Source of the DNA: Patellaria atrata CBS 101060
Lineage: Eukaryota
Assembly: GCA_010093705.1 (NCBI GenBank)
Contig: MU006090.1
Span: forward strand, 1,763,817-1,827,816
Length of the DNA stretch: 64,000 bases
Direction: 5' to 3'
Made by a program: the position numbers and the translations under genes. A model generated the notes under the pieces. That model did not search any database, had not been told where the DNA came from, and saw only the letters and a list, made by a program, of their open reading frames with translations. Shown here in pieces: positions 37,590 to 51,285 of the stretch. Numbering within the stretch: position 1 is the stretch's first letter; the number at the start of each line of letters is the position of its first letter.

Positions 37590-38853
37590 ATGGCCAAAAC
37601 CCGTCCAAAGTCAAAGTCCAAGTCCAAATCGAAAAACAAGCACAAAATCGAACCCGACCGTCCCGAAGACGCTCCCTCCCTCCTCACGCGCGCAACCTCC
37701 CTCCTCCAAACCTCGCAACCCGCCGAAGCCCTCCCGCTCGCCCAGCGCGCCCTCTCCCTCCTCCAACCCACCTCCGCACCCACTCCCGCCGCGCTCCCCG
37801 CCCTCACGCTCCTCGGCGAGATCAATGTTGAACTCGGGGATATAGACGCCGCGAGGGGGCACTTCAGTGCCGCGGCGGAGATGGATCCGGACGGCGGGTT
37901 AGGGGGCGCGGATAAGTTTCTGTGGCTGGCGCAGTTGTGCGAGGAGGGTGGTAGGGAGGCGGTGGGGTGGTTCGAGCGGGGCGCGGGCGCGCTGAGGAGG
38001 GAAATTGGAGTGTTAGAGGGGAATAGCAGGAAGGGGAAGCGGGCCGACGGGGTGTTGGAGGAAGGGTTGGAGACGAAGAAGAGGAAGTTGGCGGATGCGT
38101 TGTGTGGGGTTGTCGAGGTTTACATGACGGATCTGTCGTAAGTGCTTTCTTTCAATTGAGTGTCTGTGATGGGTCTTGAAACATAGGTTCGAGTGTGGAT
38201 ATGCTGACATTTCGTTCCCTGCGGACAGATGGGAAGAAGACGCAGAAACTAGATGCGAGACCCTCGTCACCGAAGCCCTACTCGTCGCGCCGAATAATCC
38301 AGAACCGCTGCAAACCCTCGCCTCGGTCAGGATATCACAAGAAAAAGCAGAAGATGCTCGGATCGCACTGACGCGGAGTATGGAGCTCTGGAAAGATCTC
38401 GATCCCGAGGACCCCGCCGTCCCTGCCTTCCCCACTCGGATCAGTCTGGCTCGTCTACTGATGGAGGTGGAAATGGAGGAAGATGCAATCGAAGTGCTGG
38501 AAAGGTTAGTAGCTGAAGACGACAGCAGCGTTGAATCGTGGTACCTAGGCGGCTGGTGCCTACACCTACTGGCAGACAAGCGGAAGGGGAATGTTAACGG
38601 TAGCGGGCCGTCCGATTTGGAAGGTAAGGACACAGCAACCAAGAGTATATTACACGCTAGCCGTGAATGGACACAGAACTGTCTGAAGCTGTATCAAGTG
38701 CTAGAGTACGAGGATGAACGACTGCGGGAGCATGCTTTGGAATTGCTAGAAGACTTGAATAGAACGCTCGGACCGGAAACAGAGGATGATGAGGGGTGGG
38801 AGGATGAAGAGGACGGGAGTGAAGATGAGGATGAAGAGATGAAGGGGACATGA
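37590..38853 (+). CDS. ACL4: TPR protein, assembly chaperone of Rpl4, 2 exons
   Basis: LLGEINVELG, KFLWLAQL, ALCGVVEVYMTDLS|WEEDAETRCE, PEPLQTLASVRISQ, and an acidic C-terminal tail. Confidence 0.85.
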
Positions 38854-40103
38854 CGACTCTTCTTCCGCTTGAGATTAGTGCCCGCGATTAAGAGCACATC
38901 AGTCTCCAAGCATGTTATCGATGCTCATTTTGAGCTTCTTCGAGCAAAGTCCTCCATATTCTAGACCCTTGTGCGAGCTTGTAGGTTCCAGTGGACTATA
39001 TTACAGCTATCGGTAGATAGCTGGCGAGGGACAACGATGGGAAACCTCGAGGGAGTAAGGGGAGGTGATAGATGCAGAACGATTCCCAGACGCTCCGAAG
39101 ATAGGACTGTATCAAGCCCATATATCGTACTAAACCCGTAGCACTACCTGGACTCCTCTCTGCATGCTGTTTTATTCGCTACAGTGGCAGTAAAACAGAG
39201 AGATTCAGGAAGTCAGTCGCGGAGGGGGAGTAGTTCCTCTAGCATAGAACAATCAAGCACAGTAATCAGTTCAAGGTAGTTAAATTAAACATATTCAATC
39301 AAGTCACATCACGACTCGCACAAGGAAACCAGAGTTTTGGTGCAAATTGCTTATTCTTTGGTGAGTATCTAGACCACACTAACATATCGACTAACTAAAC
39401 CGTACTGTAAATCAAATCCTGGGGATTGTGTTATGAGAAAATTAATCAATCGAGCCGATGATCCTGAGTGCGTGCGCTGATCCTGTCCGTGATAAAATCC
39501 AAATATACTCGTACAAAGAGGTGAAGCCAAAATCACTTTTCCTGAACGTCCCCTGTTTTTCTGCCGATTTCGGGATTTTTTTTTAGAGTGGGTGAAAGGA
39601 AAGTGGTGGAAAGTAGTTGGTGGAAAAGGAAATATTATTGATACAGCGTAAGACATGCCATTGCCTCCAAACGCCAGTTTTTATGCATGTTTGTCGTAAC
39701 GGCATGGCCAATCGTGATCGTGAGTCCGTAAGATGAAAGTACTAAGGAAAGCACGCGGATAGGCGACTAACTCGAGAGGACGTAGCGTAGCGTAGTCGAC
39801 TCTGATTGAACTCGCAAGATGATCGTGCCGGAGAAAGACATGGAGAATCGTGAACAATCGTGAGCCATAGGGCGTCGTAAACAGTCATGATGGCGGCTGA
39901 GGGGTTCTGAATGATGCTAAAGATCTCATGCCGTCGATTAAAGACATATGGGAACTGATAATCGAGAGAAGTACGTCGCGAAGTGAGAACGTTGCGAACA
40001 GTGGTGGTGAATGAACAAGACTGTCGAGGAGGTCATCCGATACAGAGATATTATCGATGCAGGTGATGGACAAAGTCGAACGGTGGAGGAACTGATGGAC
40101 AGC

Positions 40104-43100
40104 TTACTTCTTGAGCGGGTTCTCCGCGTTATACTTGCGGATCATCTCGTCTTCCTGAGCCTTGATGTTGCGAAAGCGCTTGCGGTTCTTCTCAACCCAC
40201 TTGCCCTTATCCTCTTTGCTCATGTTAGCAGGATCTTCTTCCTTCTTGGTCTTGAACTTGTTTGCCACCGTACTGAGGGTTCCCTTGGCCTTCGAAGGTG
40301 AGCTGCGGCTCTTCTGTGGCGAGCCATTGAAATCGCCCTTGATTAGGGTGCTGGGAGACTTTGTTGGTGAGGTCTGGAGCGAGTTCTCGCGAAACGTGAC
40401 TGGACTGATCATTTCGGATAGATCGTCCATGGCACCATCCATGGCACTATCCAAGCAACGCCGAGGAGACAGTCTCGAGAAGGAAAATGATCCCTGAGCC
40501 TTAATGGTCTCAATCGGCGTCAACTGTGGACGCTCACTCCTAAGCCCTGGGGACATGACGTTTTCTTCCTGTGGTTGGTTAGATGTAACAGCGGAGCCAT
40601 ATGGACTCGTCAAAGCGTTGCTGCTTGTGGTCTGCGTCTGAGTTGGCCAAGTTCGGTTTGCAAGGGGAGACTGCGGCGCATTAGGTGGTGCCCAGATATT
40701 AGGATCTACTCCTGGAAGCCTGGCAAAGGGAGTTCCCGGACTGACCTTGACTTGACTAGAGTTGGATCCATTCGATGAGCCCGTACGCCCACGTCCTTGT
40801 AGTGGAGAGACATTCGTCATGTTTGCCAATGGAGCAGATGTCCTGTTGGAAGACGGTGTTGCCCGGTTTGCGCCGAGGACGGATCGAAGATGTTCAAGCT
40901 GGCGTTCGTTCTTGAGCAGGCGATCAGCTTGGGCGTAACCGTGGGAGTAGACTTGACCACGGCTTGTGGGCGCAAGCTCTCGAATTGCATCCCTCCAACC
41001 GTTAAACCAGACTGCTTTCTGACCATCCGTGAGGTTATCAACGTCAGCTACATCAAGACTAAAGATACCATTCGGGCTGCTGGATCCATCCAGATCGAAA
41101 GGGCCGGGGCGTGTAGGTGTCTCCGGAACGGTTGAAACGCTATTCGGGGAATTTTGACGGCTTAGAGCACGAGCTTCTTGCGCTGGTGCGGAAGTGAATT
41201 CATTTTGGCGGCCGGGGAAGAAATCGTCAGTGTTAACACTGGAACGACTATTCTCATGCTTCTGGCCTGGACTGCCACCCTTGCTCTCTTCCACATGATT
41301 ACCACCCGGAGGTACCTCGCTCTGACCACTCGATACAGAGGCTGACACAAGACGATCACCAGCTGACTGATCCGAATCCACAGATCGACCAGGTTTGAAA
41401 GTAGGACTCGTAGGATTTAGGTTTGAGCGATGTTGCATGCTTGTTTCCTGCGAGGGCTGCTTGATGTCAACAGCGTGTGAACGTCGGTTTACCTTAGCAA
41501 CGCTTGGTGATTGATTCGACTGGGAGGTATTGGATCCCGCTCCCACAGTTTGAGCGGCTCCACTGGACGCTGATGGACCAGGCTGAACATATTGATATTC
41601 ATTGAATGTGGGAACGGTATCGCGTATGGGATAACCAAATGGCGCTGGTACACGTTGAAAGGACGGAGCTGGGAGCTCATAAACACGGCCTAGGCTCGGC
41701 TCCGGCAAATTGTTGAAACCAAGAGCTTGGGATGTGTAATTCGAAAAACGTTGATACGCTGACATTGGAGGGCAGTAAGGAGGGGGAACGTTATCTGGTT
41801 GGAGTCCATAATTTCCGCTACCGACAAAAGTTTCTCTCCCCTCGCGAGGACGTACGAGCGCAGATTGTACGTACATATCCATCAGCGCTGGTGGTTGCCC
41901 TCGGAATGGTATGTAATTACCACTTGACCCTGGCTGAAGTCTAGGATTAATTGATGTCGCAGGTGGATGGTTCTGTTGGAGGGGAGCACCCGGAGTGATA
42001 TCACCATCACCCCGATTCATGCGGGCTGTCTCGAATTTGCGCATAGCTTCATCGACCCGCTGCATCTCCTTCTCCAAGTTAGCTTTGTGTTGGCGAATGA
42101 GGTCGCGGCGCGTGACATAAACCCTCTTGATATCGACACGTTCGTTGGTCTCCGACCGAGAGATCCCTTGTCTCAACACATGTTGCTGCTCTAGAGCCTG
42201 GAGCTCACGACCGAGCTTCTCATATTCTTCCTGTAGTTGACTAATCTGTACACGGGGCGGCATGTGCATGAGACTATCGAATAATTCTGACACTGGTCGG
42301 ATAACAGATGCTGGCCAAAGAACGTACTTGTGCGTCCTCACGTTTCGATTATGCGAATCTGAGGCGTGTGACGGATGCCTCGACGTCGGGAAGTCTGGAT
42401 ACCGAAATATCATGTCGTCGTCGTCAGGCGGGACCTGGAATAGTAAATTGGTGGGTCGCACTGCAGGCTGAATTGAGGTTGAATGGCTCCATGGCTGATC
42501 TCCATGGAGGTGGTCTTGCCACCTTGCGATCGACAAAAGAGTTTCATCGTCGTGATCGATGGGATGCTGATTATCTGCAAGAAGTGGTTCACCCAGTGAA
42601 AGTTCTGGAAGTGGAATCTCTGATGGTTCCATTGTGAAGGGAGCTCGAGTTGTCGGGACGAGCTGTGCGGAAAGCTGATCTGGAGGTTCCCTAGATGGAG
42701 CCTTGCTGAAAGGAGTGATTGTGGGCACGACAAGACCACCTGCAGTGACGCGCACACCTGGGGGTGAACCGTGTCGCTTCACCAGAGTCTCCGCGCAGTG
42801 CTTCTTTACGGATGGTGTCGGCGAGGGCTTCTTGACGTTCGATGTGTCCTGTGTATTGGACTGAACGGACTTCTGAGGATTCTGAATTGCTGTGGTCAAG
42901 AGAGCTTGGTTGTCGCGCTGGGTCAAAGATTCCGAAGAGACGCGTGAAGACTTCCTTGCGAGGATTTCTGAAATATCAAAGCCGTCAGTCAACCCTCTGG
43001 GAACGAGGGTAACATGGGCGCTATTGATAGCGGATGCAATTATACGTTGACGGATAGGGGCGGAATCAATGCGAAAGATGCCGTGAGATGAAGCTGCGTA

Positions 43101-43471
43101 TAAGGCGTATAAGTGAAGGCGCAAATGTGTGGTTAACAGTGAGAACAGCAAACGTAAATAAACAAAAGTGTGCAGATAATAGAGTCGCGTCTATCTCACC
43201 GCCTAGGCAATGAAGCGGGTGAAAAGGGGATCGCTGGGTAGAATGCATGTGATATTAAAGTAGTAGTTCAATAAAGACAGATACAAACGCAATGCTTACC
43301 TTCAAGAGCTTCCTTGTTAACAGACACATCCTTGTTCAATATGTCTTGCGGTCCACTGTTTTCATCCTTCTTCAACTTGAGAAGCTGGGTAGGAGTATAC
43401 TTGCGGAATTTCTTTCCCATATCGGATCGCAGCCCTTCGAGACTTTGTGCTGCCCGTATTTGAGACGTCAT
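40104..43471 (-). CDS. Large intrinsically disordered protein (~1000 aa) with eIF4E-binding-like and PAM2-like motifs and a coiled coil
   Basis: Exon 43471-43300 spliced (GTAAGC...CTGAC...CAG, intron 42968-43299) in frame to the long exon 42967-40104. Contains RKYTPTQLLKLK, RVTAGGLVVP and SNLNPTSPTFKP. A further upstream exon (donor at 43549) is possible. Confidence 0.8.
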
Positions 43472-46400
43472 GGTCGAAATCTATAGAACGTATTAGCTGT
43501 TGTCACGTGAACACACTCCTGATAGAATGCAGAGAGAGTCAACCTATACCTCTTCAGTATTGGTCCCTATGGGAATGCAAAGCGATGTAACAACGAACTC
43601 CGGTGGTACTAAGACAAGTAGGCGATGGATTGGGAATGAGAGCAACGAAGGCCCAAGGATTGCAGTAATGTGGTGTAATGAGCGTGGAATAGCCTGGATT
43701 GAAATGGGGTTGAAAACAACTTTGTAGTCTCGACCTAGATCCGAGGAGAGCCTTTCAGTAATATACTCGACGAAGATTGCGCCTCCCATGAACGGACAGC
43801 TGAAAAGAAACCAAAACAAAGAAAGCTATGGCGCAAAGAGAATTGGAAGTATGAAGGAACCATGGAAGCCGGACTGGTCTTGCAAAGCACGCTCTTCTAT
43901 CTACAAGTACTTTGGAAAGGAGGAGTAGGAATTTGAGCAGGGAGGGGGGTTATAAAGTGCAATTGCAGCTGTCATTGCGCGAAGCTATGCTAGAATGCAC
44001 CTTTCAAGGTGATGCATTAGGTGTACGACATGCTTTTCTAGAGAGACAGCGGAATGTGACGAGAGTCATAACACCTGCCATCATGTTAGAGATGGGAGGT
44101 GCACTCGGTGCACTTGCTCAAGGTAATTCTTGTTTGGAAGTCGTCATTGTGTGGTAGGCGCACCCATGCTCAGTTTTAGTCGAACTGAAACTTGTGCGTG
44201 AATACTAACTTGCTTTTGCCGAGGAGAGCGAAAACATTGCATCCGGATTTTGATTCAACTTGTGGTTTGAGATTGAGTTCGCTGTTTAGAGGATTGTGAT
44301 ATGAAAAGACCCTGAATGGCAGTAGGAGCTGGGAAGAGACTGGTTGATATCGCATAGGCGTCGACATATTGTTTTCATCGGATGAGGAACTGCTGTAGAA
44401 GAATCCTTGGCCCAGCTTATCTCCCACACGTACGAGATGGCATCGTGTGGTCTAAGGCGTCCTCTTTGATTTAGATTGTATGAGAAATTGCTCTCGCAAT
44501 TGAAGAATGACGCCCTGCGTCCGAGAAAAGGATCCTCGGGGTGATAATATCTAATAAACCATGGCTCGAGATTGACGAGGCCTTGTTCATATAGCTAAGC
44601 GGCGAAATATTGTCTGAGGATGCGGACGGAAGGAGTTAAAGGGGAGATTTGATGTGAGAGCCGACGATATGGAGGTAAGCACTGGGAGGTTGTTGACTGC
44701 CATCCCCATGTGACCGTCCCTGCATGGGCCGCGTTGAGTTGTCCCAAGGTATCCGTACCACTTGACTATCTCTATAGGCACGATCGGAAAAGTACCATGT
44801 TCATATGAGAAACATAATGTTTAAAAGCTGCTGGTGATAAAAAATCAACCTAGAGCGAAGAATGCGCCATAGATAGTTTTCCCGGGCAGCAGAAATGTAT
44901 GGCTGTTGGTATGGACAATGACTAGTGGTATGATTTCCAACGAAACTTCGGTATTCATACTGTAGATCGTACTCGCGGGTTCCTACTTTTAGGGGAACCG
45001 CAAAGCCCAACCATTGCGTATGATTATATGTTGTGGATGTTTAGACGTTTGGATGCCGAAGGACATGTAGGTTCTAGCTCTGAGTATGTATAAGGTATAA
45101 GGCGTAAAGCTGTGAAGCCTTTTACATGATTCTTGATATAGTAGACTTGGTGTCAAAAGGAGGTTTCTTGGCACTGTGCTGATCTCTCTATCAAATTCGT
45201 TAGCCATATGTCCGTTATAGCAAGTATCTAGTTGAATCGATGATAACAAAATACATATATTTTGGTGATAGGTGCAAGAAACCCAGAGGATCAAAGGATG
45301 GAATGTGGCAGTGAAAAAGTGATACGGCGCGATAGGGGAATTAGGAGATGGAACGACGTGTGATATGCATTTCCGACTTGCCCAGTACTACCCAGAGCAA
45401 GAGCGGATGTGAGAAACAGATGATAGAGATATAAGTTCGATAGAGAAGAGAGCAGATAGTGAAATGAAATCTAATTTAGCTTACCTGTTGAATGGTGTAA
45501 TTGTTGTTGTGCGGGTGTGTGCGCCTTCGTACGGTAGAGAGCCTTCTGTTAGATGATCGCCGGGCCACCCGCACGACGACTAGACAACTGAGGTTATGAC
45601 CCCAATGTGATAATCTTGTCGAATCATCAGAGATAGTACTGCTGCGAAGTGACTCTGCGTCCAAGAGCTCACGCTCGATGGTGTCTTTTCAGTGGATGGT
45701 GCCTGTTTCTCCGCAGCTCCGCGTCTTCCTCACTTACCTCAATGACCAAAACCACAAATACAGCGGCAAATCGATAATAAAAAGACGCAAACTGAACGTA
45801 CCTTTAACGAAGAAGCGGGATTTGAAGCCGCGCTGGCGTGTCGAAAAGTTGTAGTGAGCAATCGGTGTCGCTGAAAGTGTGGTGAGGAAAGGAAATCAGT
45901 TTGACAAACCGGTCGGCACAATAAGCTCGGAAGTGGACCGAAGCTTTGCAATAACGACAAGCTGTTTGCCAAGCGTATGATACCTGCTTTAGACAATACT
46001 ATTTTCCAGCTTGATACAACGTTGAACGAATGCCACAAAAGTGCCTATGCCCCTAGACGATACCCTACCTTTGAGAGCATTTACCTTGCCTTCAAAGACT
46101 GAAGACAACCAGCTTATCGTCGAAGACTATACTATTTTCAACATTGGAAAGGCAAATAGGAGATCACCGAGGACAGTAGCAGGGCTATTGATCATCCGCG
46201 GAGGCCCACAGAGAGCAGAAATCACATTGAAAGGGGAAAAAGAAAGACATCTGAAAGAGAAACTGAAAATCAATCTAGTGAAGTGTAAACAATTGTTTTA
46301 TTACTTCTACGAGTTGAGAGGATTATATGAAAGCAAAACTATGATCCTCAGTATAATCTCAGCGATCCATGACGAGGAAAATACTTGTGAACGCCGGAGC

Positions 46401-49269
46401 CTTATTCCTTAGGTGAAATCAGTAAAGGGGAGCAAGTATAATGTAGAGTATCCTTACAGGTACTCTACCTATTGATCATATACAGGTCCACCCCGACCTT
46501 AACCGGGAATCAAGGGGTAAGGGGATGCTGTAGACCTTAGAATATCCCATCCACTTTCTGAATCGAAACTCACATAGCATAGTTAGCTAATATGATACCA
46601 GGTTTCATCGAGACAGTCCACGTCCCGATACACCAAGAGAACACTTATCTGGATAGAACGGCCCTTCTCGGAATACAGTTAGCTAGTGCCGAACCAAAAC
46701 CAGACACGAATCTGAATAAGAGTGCTTACATACCCATGTCGAGACGTTGTCGCGTCATAGTTGGGATATATCAGAAATTATGAAGGGCCAGCCGGCGTAT
46801 AGTTTGATCCTATGCTCCTGCTATGATCATCATACCTCGAATAAAAAAGGCAACAACTCCGGCCAAGCTCTGCCCTGTGTCCGCACGAGATAAAACGAAA
46901 GAATGGGATTAAGAAAAAGATAAAAGCTTTATCAAAGGGTACAAAAATCGGAAGCAAGCACTTATTCGGATGTTTTTAAGCTGCAATCCTCTATTCAAGC
47001 TCGTCCGACATCGCAGAGGACAGAAGCGGACGCCGCGGTCATGAAGTCAAATGGTATAATTTCTTGTGGACTTCCTTGTTCAACAAGACTTCCCAGGTAC
47101 AGAGTCTCTTAGCCATAGCTATGCAAACAGGCGAGCCGATTGGAGTACCAGGTCATTCATTCGTTGTTCTTACAGAAAGGTACAGTGGTTATAGTGGAGC
47201 CTTCAACACATATCAACCAGTCCTCGTTGAGATGTTCTTCACTTTCGCTCAGCGACAGTGGTTAGACCATTAGAAGGGTATCCTCTGGTTGACGAGAGCG
47301 GTAACTATCAAAGCCGTAGGCCTCGCCCTATAGGTTCCTTGCTTACTCATACTTCATGCTGAGGCAAAAGCTTTTTTGCGCCTATCGCCTCAAATTCTCA
47401 TATTTGACATGATGGGACGGGATATGCTGTAGCCGAGGATTTTGGTAGCTGTAAGGCGTCTCGTCTCTCAGAGAGCTTCTGACATGAAAGGGGCGACTAC
47501 AGCTTCTGAATTGGGGGCTATGCACTTCAAACAACACTTGTATCTGTCACTACTCTTTCTATATTCAGGAAATAAGAAAACACAGATAAAAAGATGGTGT
47601 AAAGTTGAATATCTTTGATAATATTCACAACAGCATAACGGGGATGAAATTTGCAGAATACTATTCTACCAAGAGACCGTTCCGAAGGATCTATTTAGGA
47701 ATCTATTCGCTATGGGTTTACCGCTCGGCCTGTCGGTTTGGAGTTAGCGCAACTACATCCAGGTAATAGTTATTTACCGAACCAAACGAAGATGGGATAA
47801 CACCTAGACATAAGACCAGCAAAAGGTTCTTTTGAAAAAGATTAAACGACAGATGTTGAGATAAAAATTGCTCTAAGTGATGATCAATTGATCAAAAAAT
47901 ATACTGGTTTCGAGCCTGCATTTTCAAGAACTTATGGTGGAATATATTACATTTCGGTCATATTGCAACCCCTTAAAATACTATTGATGGTGAGGTATGA
48001 CTTTCCAAGAATGAAGGTACTAATAAAGAATAATGTGGTGAAAATGAGCTGAATTTGCGAAATGATAGTGACTCCGAGAACAATCTTGATGATAAGCAAA
48101 GCAGACATCAAAACTATACTACCACCTGAATAAAGGAATGCGGACATGGCTTCATCATGCTATATCCCGCGCCAGGAGAACACTGATAGTGCGACAGGGG
48201 GAAGAATATCACTCACTTTTGCCGTTTTGCGTGGGTATTGTTTGGATAGGAGCAAAGTTGAAGTCGTTGAGACTAGTCTTCTCAGGACTCGCTGTGCTCT
48301 CTAATACCAACCACAAGTATCAGTAAGATTACTACAAATACCATATGGGATCTTATAATAACGGATAGGCCATATCACTGTAATAACCAAATCCCTTGGA
48401 AATCTAACTGAGCTGGTTGTGATGGTATGGTAACGCTTTCCCGACCTTGCTCGCCTATTTGCATTTGGAAATCCTCTCGGTAGGGACCACCTCGTCGGAT
48501 TCCGAATGTATTGATGTTGATACACTCTTCTTTATCGCTGTGCCCATCCAAACAGCTCGTATAGAATGATGGCCGGGGGGGGATTGTGGATATGTGGATT
48601 CTATCAGATCTATGCGCAAGGCTACTGTCAGAATGCGGAAGGTTGACCTTCGATCTCAGGACGACGACTAACTTTACAGACGCATATAGTCGACTGAGCA
48701 GGGTACACAGCTTGTCGTCGGAATAACCGTGGACCAGGACCTAGGAATAATAATGGGGAGAGGGTTTGTGAAGAAAGATGTGCTGGGTCGGTGTGTTCTC
48801 GGAAAAGATAGAGTAGGTGCCGTCTAAATTTGGAAGGCCAAGGGAGCATTCTCTGATAACGTCGGGTTGCTTTCTACACTACCGACTCCTACAACCGTCA
48901 AACCTCCCCCGCATTAACAAGATCACATCATCAAGCCTACGTGTTGGCTGGGATGAAAGACTATTCGGTCATGATGGGCTCTCCGAAACCACTGCCGCAA
49001 TTGACCTGCTGGGCCATACAACCACCTCACTTTTCTCATTGTCGGCAAGCTATGATCAGATCGAGGTAGTTACCTAACGAGAGATGGGCTTATTATGTTT
49101 GCCCTCACGATAAATGCCACAAGTGGTCGTTACCCAGGTCCCACCTAGGGTTGTAGAACAACTCGGCGCACTCGCATAAATACAGCCAGTCCCCCTAGAC
49201 TCGAGGATATTCTCTACCAAGCGGACAGTCCAGGCATAAATTCACATTCTCCGTTTAGAACCGCGCGCG

Positions 49270-51285
49270 ATGTCGGAACAGGTGGACTGGTATGACATTG
49301 TCATTGTTGGAGCAGGTCCTGTTGGACTGACATTATCCACTTGTCTCACACGCTGGGGGTACAAAATCAAGCACATTGACAATCGAGCCGAACCTACGCC
49401 CACTGGTCGCGCCGACGGGATACAACCACGCTCGCTAGACTTATTGCGGAATATGGGTCTCAAACGGAAGATTATGGCTCATGAACCTGCTAAGGTGTAC
49501 GAGGTTGCCTTTTGGGATCCAAGCGCAGAAGGCATTGCTCGTTCCGGAACATGGGCTAGTTGTCCTAAGTTTATCGATGCGAGGTATCCGTTCACTACAT
49601 TACTCCACCAAGGTCTCATAGAACGAATTTTCATCGAGGATATTCAAAAGCATGGCGGTAATATCCACCGACCTTGGACGATTACAGGATTTTGCAACGA
49701 TGGGAAGGATAAGACATACCCGGTTGAAGTGAGTCTCAAGCATGTCGAGAGGGGTGAGATTGAGAAAGTCCGAACCAAATACCTTTTCAGTGGAGAAGGT
49801 GCTAGGAGCTTTGTTCGAGAGAAGCTAGGGATCAAGATTTCTCATAAAGATCCGATTTCGCATGTGTGGGGTGTTATGGATGGTGTTGTCAGGACGGATT
49901 TCCCAGATATCAAAGTATGCATCTAGCCGAATTTCACAATTTTACCGAGACTAACGCGTAAGAAAGATGAAGTGCACGATACACTCCGATTCGGGTTCGA
50001 TTATGGTCATTCCACGAGAGAATAACATGGTTCGATTGTATATACAAATCGCATCTTCAACCGACAAAGATTGGAATCCCCGAAAGACTGCTACAGCTGA
50101 GGAAGTTCAGCGCTACGCTGAAAAGATCATGAAACCCTACTTTATTGACTGGGATCACGTTGAGTGGTACTCTGTGTACCCAATCGGTCAGGGAATCGCT
50201 GAAAAGTATACATTGGACGAACGCATTTTCCTGGGCGGTGATGTCTGTCATACACATAGTGTTCGTATACTGTAATCCTTGTACTATATCATTATTAACA
50301 TAATCTGCAGCCAAAAGCTGGTCAAGGTATGAACACTGCCTTTTTGGATGCTGTAAACTTGGCGTGGAAGATCCATTTGGTCGAGTCAGGCTTTGCGTCT
50401 CGTTCAGTTCTTTCTACCTACGAGTCAGAGAGAAGAAAAGTTGCGGCGAACCTCCTTGATTTCGACGCGAAGTACGCAGCACTCTTTTCTCAGCGGCAGC
50501 CGTCAGCCCGCGAAGTTGGTCTTGCGAATAAAGCTTCAGCTACGGATTCTGATGTCACGGATCACCATAAAGACAACGAATTCATCAAGGCGTTCAAAGA
50601 TTCTTGCGAGTTTACCTCGGGCTATGGCGTTGCCTACAATCCGAATCTCTTCAACTGGTCCCCAGCGCATCGTTCCAAGTCGCAGCTCTTCCTTTCTTAC
50701 CCGGAACATACAACCTTACGCACTGGCCGCATTCTCATTCCAGCAACAGTGACTCGAGTTGTTGATGCTAACGTCGTTCATCTCGAACAAGAGATACCCT
50801 TAAACGGTTCTTTTCGGCTCTATATCTTTACAGGAGACCTAGCTGAAAACTCTAAAGCACTCAAAGACTTCTCTGATCACCTTACGAAGAAGTCATCGTT
50901 CTATTCATCCTTCTTACGCGAAGATATTGACCAAGTCTCATACCATGAGCGCCATAATCCACACTCCCGTTTCTTTACACTTGCAACCGTAATCGCCGCC
51001 AGGCGTGACTCCATCGATATTTCATCTATGCTTCCACCTGTCTTAGCTCGATATAGGAATCATGTTTACGCCGATGATGTATGGGATCAGCGTGTTCCGA
51101 ATTCAAACGCAGCAGCACATGCAAAGATGGGTCTAACCGAAGGGAGCGGAGCTGTAATTGTTGTCAGACCTGATGCGTACGTGGGCTGCATCGTGCGGTT
51201 ATCCAAAGGTACGGGAACTGCCTTGGATGAATACTTCAATGCGTTCACGAGCAAGGAGGTCGGCAGTCACAGGTCACAATTGTGA
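49270..51285 (+). CDS. FAD-dependent phenol 2-monooxygenase family protein, 3 exons
   Basis: [61 protein letters not shown], and thioredoxin-like C-terminus VVRPDAYVG. Confidence 0.93.

Noticed and set aside
46041..46412. 123-aa ORF
   Set aside because: No recognisable motif or coding-like composition; probably spurious.
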